64,000 bases of DNA. Origin: Macrostomum hystrix. Lineage: Eukaryota; Animalia; Platyhelminthes. Positions 57,101 to 64,000 of this stretch are shown in pieces. The notes under the pieces were generated by a model, which had not been told where the DNA came from, did not search any database, and saw nothing but the letters and a program-made list of their open reading frames with translations. A program made the translations under genes and the position numbers. Each line of letters begins with the position of its first letter. Positions within the stretch are counted from its first letter, which is position 1. The stretch is taken from positions 1,922,001-1,986,000 of the forward strand of contig CATNEN010000032.1 of assembly GCA_950097015.1 (NCBI GenBank), read 5' to 3'.

Positions 57101-59567
57101 ACCAGTTGCGGGTGCCGATCCTGCGGCTTGACAGCCAAGGCCGCTCGCTCCTGCACTCGGCCTGCGCCAGTGGAAACCAGGAATTCGTGCGGCGCCTACT
57201 TGACATGCCGGCACCGTTCCGTCAGTCGTTGACGGCCGTCGATCATCGCGGAGAGACGCCGGCGCACGCGGCTGCGGGAGCTGGTCGGCCGGACATTCTT
57301 CGCCTTCTGTTGGACGGAGCTTCTTCTAAGAATCCCGTTGAGCTCAATATAATTCTTACAGCACGCTCGAAAACTGGCGAGACAGTATTGCACGCCGCGG
57401 CTCGAGCTGGCTGCATTGAGTCGGCGCGCTTGCTGATTAAAAAGGCCGACGGTCGACTGAGCATCGATTCAGATGAAGGTGTGGAGACAGTTTTCAATGC
57501 TCCTGGAAGAGGATATATTAGGGTGTAGCAAGTACAACACTCACAGAACGTTTCGTTTGCGAAACTTGTGGCATAAGCCCAAGTTGGCGAGTATATACGA
57601 GTATTTGGCCTGAGTGTACAAATAAAATGGAAAATTTTAGCCCGTGTTGTGGATTTTCATGGCGATCGGTTGAATATTTTAAGAGATAAAAAATAAAGAA
57701 AAGTGTTGGTTCGAAATACCCGAGGTCTTACTACTGTTTAAAGAAATTAGCAGAATTGCAGCATGAAATCAGTTTTTAAAAACGATTTCAGGCGGCTACG
57801 AAACTGCGGCCCACACCGCGGCCAGGACCGGGCAGTCCGCCCTGCTAGCGGAGCTGGTGCTGGGCTGCGTCAAGGATCCGCCGGCGGGACTGCTTCACGC
57901 AGCCGCCGATGCCGGTCAGTCAGAGACCGTGGCAGTTCTGCTGGCATCAGGTCGATACTCTCCGTTCGAGCGCGATGCCAAGACGGGCCGAACGGCCGCC
58001 CACTGCGCCGCAGCCTCCGGGGATCCGGCGACGCTGAGGGCGGTGCTAGCCGTTGATCAGGACGGCGTAATGGCCAGGTCCACCGACTCTGCCGGGCGCT
58101 CTCTGTTGCATGCGGCTGCTGCGGCGACTTCGAAACCCGAATCCCATCGGGTTGTCCGACGCCTGCTTCGAATGAACGGCGACGCCGGAGGTCCTAAATC
58201 CGTTGATAGCGACGGTCGGACTCCGATCGAGTTGGCCGTGTTGGCCGGAGCAGCGCCAGCTCTGGCGGTCCTAGTGAAGGCGGTGACGGAGGATGCCAGC
58301 GACAAGTCGGCCGCACTTTCGCAGCTAACTGATAGCGAGGTGATTTTCCCGTATTTTCCCGCTGTCTTAGATAATTAAGTAAATGTAATTTTGCTCAGAT
58401 CCCTAAAATCAACAAACTGAAACCTCCCATCAGGGCCGCGGCCTACTGCACTCGGCCTGCCTAACTGGACGCGCCGATACCGTGCTCCTGCTGGTTGCTA
58501 TGGGCTTGAGTCCTTGGCAACTAGACATGCACGGGCTGCCTCCGGTGGCCTATGCTGCTGCCGCCGAGTGCTCAGACGCTCTGCGGGCTCTTGCCGACGC
58601 GGAGCCGATCGCCGGACGTCGCCTCCTGACCGCGCGTGTCGCCGAAGACGGCGCCTCCTTGGCCCACGTTGCCGCACACGCCGATCGTCCTTCTGCCCTG
58701 CGCCTCCTGGCTGCGGCCGGACTGTCAGTTTTGGATGCCCTTGACGCCAACGGTTGGAGTCCCCTTCAGTTGGCAGTCGCCGCCGAATCCTGGAATGCAG
58801 TGCAAGCTCTAGTTGACGAAGCTGTGTCGCTGGCGGAATCAGCTGTCGGCGTTGAACAGGATCCGTTCGTGGAATGTCTGGCAGCGGCTCGCATCCTGGA
58901 CATGCGAGCGCCGGATGGCCGTTCGCTGTTGCATCTGGCTGTAGCGGCCAACCAGCCGGGCATTGTGACGGAAATTTTCTACTTGGCCCGCATGCTGGAG
59001 TCGTCAAGCCCCTCGTCCTTGATCAATCCGATTCTAGTCGCGGACAAGCAGGGCCTGAATCCGCTGCACGAGGCTGTGCTGGCTGGCCACGCGGAGCTGG
59101 CTCGCCTGCTGCTGACTCTGGCGCCATCGGCCTTGCTGGTAGCCGATACGGCTGACAACAGCTCGACCTACCTGCATCTTGCCGTTGCGGGCTCCGCATT
59201 TCACGGCTCCGTTGAAACCATTCGACTCTGCCTGGAGCTGTGGCCCTATCAAGCTTCGACCTGGGACGCCGCTGGCCTGACGCCGCCTCACCTGGCGGCC
59301 GCCAACGGATTGGAGGCTGCCATGCGGATCTTTCTGGACGGCGCGGGATTCTTTTATTTACGAAAAACGCCTGACGGTAACTCTCTGCTCCATCTTGCCA
59401 GCTCAGAGTCTGTTGTTCGACTGCTCTCCAGCCGACTGCCAATCAGCAGCAAGCAGGACCGGAACCAATCAGGTCGACTGCCCAGCGAGGAGGCTCAACG
59501 TCGCGGCCGTCCGGATTCGTTGGTCCAGCTTCTGCAGACTGTAGAAATGAAACTTTTACTTTGTTGA
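54149..59567 (+). CDS. Large ankyrin-repeat-only protein, 5 exons, two apparent frameshifts in exon 2
   Basis: Exons 54149-54534, 55493-56860, 56953-57478, 57792-58339, 58434-59567 with phase-compatible GT-AG introns. Many GRTPLH.AA..G repeats. +1 shifts near 56228 and 56373. Confidence 0.85.
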
Positions 59568-59809
59568 AGCAAGGATTTCAAATATCGCATTGGCTATTCC
59601 GTGTAGGAATCCGATTGAAAACCAATTGCTAAAAACTGTTTTTGCACTTGTAGAAATAAGAAACATAATCGTAACAAATAAATATTCAATTATTAAAAAA
59701 TTCACTCTGATATTTAAGTGCGATCGGTTTGAAAAAGTCTTTACGAACATTGGCACGCTTGGGTTGTAGTCTCTAGTTTCATTGTAGATGAGTTTAGAAG
59801 CTTTGTGTA

Positions 59810-61856
59810 TGTGTTGTGTCACTATGTACATGAGTTTAATCGATATGCACATGATTTTAGTCAATATGCACATGATTTTAGTCACTATGCACATGATTTT
59901 AGCCACTAGCCACATGATTTTAGTCACTATCGACATAATTTTAGTCACAATGCACATGATTTTAGTCACAATGCACATGATTTTAGTTATTATGCACATG
60001 ATTTTAGTCACTATGCACATGATTTTAGTCACTATGCACATGGTTTTAGTCCTAATGTACATGAGTTTAGTCACTTTTTAAAAGATTTAGTCACTATGTA
60101 CATGATTTTAGTCAATACTAGCAAGTTTTGCCGCCCTTCGGGGAGCAGAAATATTATTATTTCGTCCAGTATATACTTTTTAGCAGCTGTAGTTTCAGCT
60201 TCTTTAAGCTACAATCATCCCCCAGTTGACAATGATCCCCAGTCGACAATGATCCCCCAGTCGACAATGATTCCCCAGTTTACAATGAACCCCCAGTTGA
60301 CAACGATCCCCCAGTTGACAATGATACCCCAGTTTACAATGATCCCCCAGTTGACAATGATCCCGCAGTTGACAATGATCCCCCAGTTGATGATGATCCC
60401 CCAGTTGACAATGAGCCCCAGTTGATAATGATCCCCCAGTTTACAATGATCCCCCAGTTGACAATGATCCCCCAGTTGATGATGATCACCCAGTTGACAA
60501 TGATCCCCCAGTTGACAATGATCCCCCAGTTGACAATGATCCCCCAGTTGACAACGATCCTCCAGTTGACAATGATCCCCTAGTTGATGATGATCACCCA
60601 GTTGACAATGATCCCCCAGTTGACAATGATCCCCCAGTTGACAATGATCCCCCAGTTGACAACGATCCTCCAGTTGACAATGATCCCCCAGTTGACAACG
60701 ATCCCCCAGTTGACCATGATCCCCCCCAGTTGAAAATGGTCCCCCAGTTGACAATGATACCCCAGTTGACAATGATCCCCTTCGGGATCATAGTTGATGA
60801 TGATCACCCAGTTGACAATGATCCCCTAGTTGATGATGATCACCCAGTTGACAATGATCCCCTAGTTGATGATGATCACCCAGTTGACAATGATCCCCTA
60901 GTTGACAATGATCCACCAGTTGACAATGATCAACCAGTTGACAATGATCCCCCAGTTGACAACGATCCCCCAGTTGACAATGATCCCCCAATTGATGATG
61001 ATCACCCAGTTGACAATGATCCCCCAGTAAATAATGATCACCCAATTGATGATGATCAACCAGTTGACAATGAACCCCCAGTTGACAACGATCCCCCAGT
61101 TGACAATGATACCCCAGTTTACAATGATCCCCCAGTAAATGATGATCCCCCAGTTGATGATGATCCCCCAGTTGACAATGAACCCCAGTTGACAATGATC
61201 CCCCAGTTGACAATGATCCCCCAGTTGACAATGATCCCCCAGTTTACAATGATCCCCCAGTTGACAATGAACCCGCCAATATGCGTTTGTCAATATGCAC
61301 ATGAGTTTAGTCAATATGCACATGATTTTAGTCACAATGTACACGAGTTTAGTCACTTATTACATAGTTTAGTCACTTTGTACATGAGTTTAGTCACGAT
61401 GTACATGAGTTTAGTCGCGATGTACATGAGTTTAGTCGCGATGTACATGAGTTAAGTCGCGATGTACATGAGTTTAGTCACTATGTACATGAGTTTAGTC
61501 ACGATACACATGAGTTTAATCACGATGTACATGAGTTTAGTCGCGATGTACATGAGTTTAGTCGCGATGTACATGAGTTAAGTCGCGATGTACATGAGTT
61601 TAGTCACTATGTACATGAGTTTAGTCACGATACACATGAGTTTAATCACGATGTACATGAGTTTAGTCGCGATGTACATGAGTTTAGTCACGATGTACAT
61701 GAGTTTAGTCGCGATGTACATGAGTTTAGTCACGATGTACATGAGTTTAGTCGCGATGTACATGAGTTTAGTCGCGATGTACATGAGTTTAGTCGCGATG
61801 TACATGAGTTTAGTCGCGATGTACATGAGTTTAGTCGCGATGTACATGAGTTTAGT
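59810..61856. repeat. 21-bp minisatellite (TGYACATGAKTTTAGTCRCKA) at 59810-60110 and 61285-61856, enclosing an 18-bp array (CCCCCAGTTGACAATGAT) at 60210-61275
   Basis: Directly visible. Confidence 0.93.
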
Positions 61857-62220
61857 AGCGGTTTCTTAAAATGCCACACTCTCGAAGTCAAAGCTTTGAA
61901 AATGACAAAATGATTATGAGCATTTCAAAGCACTATTATTTTTACGATACTAGCTCAAAAATATAAATAATGTCATTTTGAGGCCAATTGTGCATTGATA
62001 TATGATCAATATATTCAATCAGCGAATATCTTCTGTGTAATTAGTTTTATTACCTGAGCGTGGCAAGCGAACACACTGTGGATTGTGACTGAAGCAAGAA
62101 TTTATGTCCATTACTATACATGCCAGGAATACTTGAGTTTAAGACTCATGCTAAATGAGCTTGGAATTAATCAGATTTGCCTAGTTTAGTCAATCTGGCA
62201 CTTTAAATTTGTCGAGTCAG

Positions 62221-62343
62221 TCAGCGTAGCAGTGCGGAAATATCGCCCGAAACTCGCTCATTGCGATGTCGCCGAATTTGTACAGCTTCTTGCATGGAGT
62301 TCCGACGCTCTCGAATATGCCGCTGTACTTCTGACGGCAGCTC
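62221..62343 (-). CDS. Possible terminal exon of a gene continuing past the right edge (ELPSEVQRHIRERRNSMQEAV...SALLR*)
   Basis: Branch-like CCCTGAC/CCTAAAC, CAG acceptor, 41 codons to TGA in phase 0; no family recognised. Confidence 0.33.
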   Translation of the reverse strand, partial: ELPSEVQRHIRERRNSMQEAVQIRRHRNERVSGDISALLR

Positions 62344-62394
62344 CTGCCGGTTGTTTAGGGTCAGGGGCGGAAATATGACTAAGGAGGGCGGAGA

Positions 62395-64000
62395 GAGAGA
62401 CTATCGAGGAGTGAAAAGAGTGACTAATCAGTGCGGAAATGAGGCGCGGAGTGACTAAAGAGGAGTAAAAAGAGTGACTAAGGAGGGTTGATAAGAGTGA
62501 GTAAGGAGGGGTGATAAGAGTGACTAAGGAGGGGTGATAATAGTGACTAAGGAGGGGTGATAAGAGTGACTAAGGAGGGGTGATAAGAGTGACTAGGGTG
62601 ATAAGAGTGGACTAAGGGGGGTTTGATAATAGTGACTAAGGAGGGGTGATAAGAGTGACTAAGGAGGGGTGATAAGAGTGACTAGGAGGGGTGATAAGAG
62701 TGACTAAGGAGGGGTGATAAGATTGACTAAGGAGGGGTGATAAGAGTGACTACGGAGGGGTGATAAGAGTGACTAAGGAGGGGTGATAAGAGTGACTAAA
62801 GGAGGGGTGATAAGAGTGACTAAGGAGGGGTGATAAGAGTTGACTAAGGAGGGGTGATAAGAGTGACTAAGGAGGGGTGATAAGAGTGACTAAGGAGGGG
62901 TGATAAGAGTGCTAAGGAGGGGTGATAAGAGTACTAAGAGGTGTAGATGACTAAGGAGGGGTGATAAGAGTGACTAAGGAGGGGTGATAATAGTTGAACT
63001 AAGGAGGGGTTGATAAGATGTGACTAAGGAGGGGTGATAAGAGTGACTAAGGAGGGGGTGATAATAGTGACTAAGGGAGGGGGTGATAAGAGTGACTAAG
63101 GAGGGGTGATAAGAGTGACTAAGGAGGGGTGATAAGAGTGACTAAGGAGGGGTGATAAGAGTGACTAAAGAGGGTGATAAGAGTGACTAAGGAGGGGTGA
63201 TAATAGTGACTAAGGAGGGGTGATAATAGTGACTAAGGAGGGGTGATAAGAGTGACTAAGGAGGGGTGATAAGAGTGACTAAGGAGGGGTGATAATAGTG
63301 ACTAAGGAGGGGTGATAAGAGTGACTAAGGAGGGGTGATAAGAGTGACTAAGGAGGGGTGATAAGAGTGACTAAAGAGGGTGATAAGAGTGACTAAGGAG
63401 GGGTGATAAGAGTGACTAAGGAGGGGTGATAAGAGTGACTAAAGAGGGTGATAATAGTGACTAAGGAGGGGTGATAATAGTGACTAAGGAGGGGTGATAA
63501 TAGTGACTAAGGAGGGGTGATAAGAGTGACTAAGGAGGGGTGATAAGAGTGACTAAGGAGGGGTGATAAGAGTGACTAAGGAGGGGTGATAAGAGTGACT
63601 AAGGAGGGGTGATAATAGTGACTAAGGAGGGGTGATAAGAGTGACTAAGGAGGGGTGATAAGAGTGACTAAGGAGGGGTGATAAGAGTGACTAAAGAGGG
63701 TGATAAGAGTGACTAAGGAGGGGTGATAAGAGTGACTAAGGAGGGGTGATAAGAGTGACTAAAGAGGGTGATAAGAGTGACTAAGGAGGGGTGATAATAG
63801 TGACTAAGGAGGGGTGATAATAGTGACTAAGGAGGGGTGATAATAGTGACTAAGGAGGGGTGATAAGAGTGACTAAGGAGGGGTGATAAGAGTGACTAAG
63901 GAGGGGTGATAAGAGTGACTAAGGAGGGGTGATAATAGTGACTAAGGAGGGGTGATAAGAGTGACTAAAGAGGGTGATAAGAGTGACTAAGGAGGGTGAT
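62395..64000. repeat. 23-bp purine-rich satellite (GAGTGACTAAGGAGGGGTGATAA), runs off the window
   Basis: Directly visible, about 70 units. Confidence 0.97.

Noticed and set aside
60730-61455. Acidic DNDPPV-repeat protein
   Set aside because: Some synonymous variation, but 1-bp indels break the frame at both sides and there are no convincing splice signals.

Overview
Eukaryotic (animal) genomic DNA with spliceosomal introns, GC3-rich exons and about half the window in 15-33 bp minisatellites. The style suggests a flatworm such as Macrostomum, which is inference only. Left to right: (1) the 3' part of an I-group (R1/LOA-like) non-LTR retrotransposon with RT, RNase H and zinc finger. (2) A duplicated ~12 kb module (A 10.1-22.9 kb, B 26.7-32.2 kb) holding a secreted prepro-peptide gene and three related arrays (33 bp = 15 bp + 18 bp). 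These arrays read as start-codon-less ORFs absent from the ORF track (ENRLTIRNRSK, ENRSN, GNRxKI) and much of their variation is synonymous. (3) A three-level TE nest: gag/LTR element > THAP-encoding P/Galileo-like element with 7-bp TSD > intact DD34E Tc1. (4) A multi-exon MAP3K4/MEKK4-like gene with DFD instead of DFG and a different minisatellite in most long introns. (5) A TM-RING gene, a CpG-depleted domain with younger TE insertions, a small Roh-like membrane protein gene, a large ankyrin-only gene with two frameshifts, and more satellites. No rRNA, intact tRNA or CRISPR was found. The best novel candidate is the cryptic giant repetitive Asn/Arg-rich protein built from satellite-like exons. 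Splice models were read by eye and no database searches were run.
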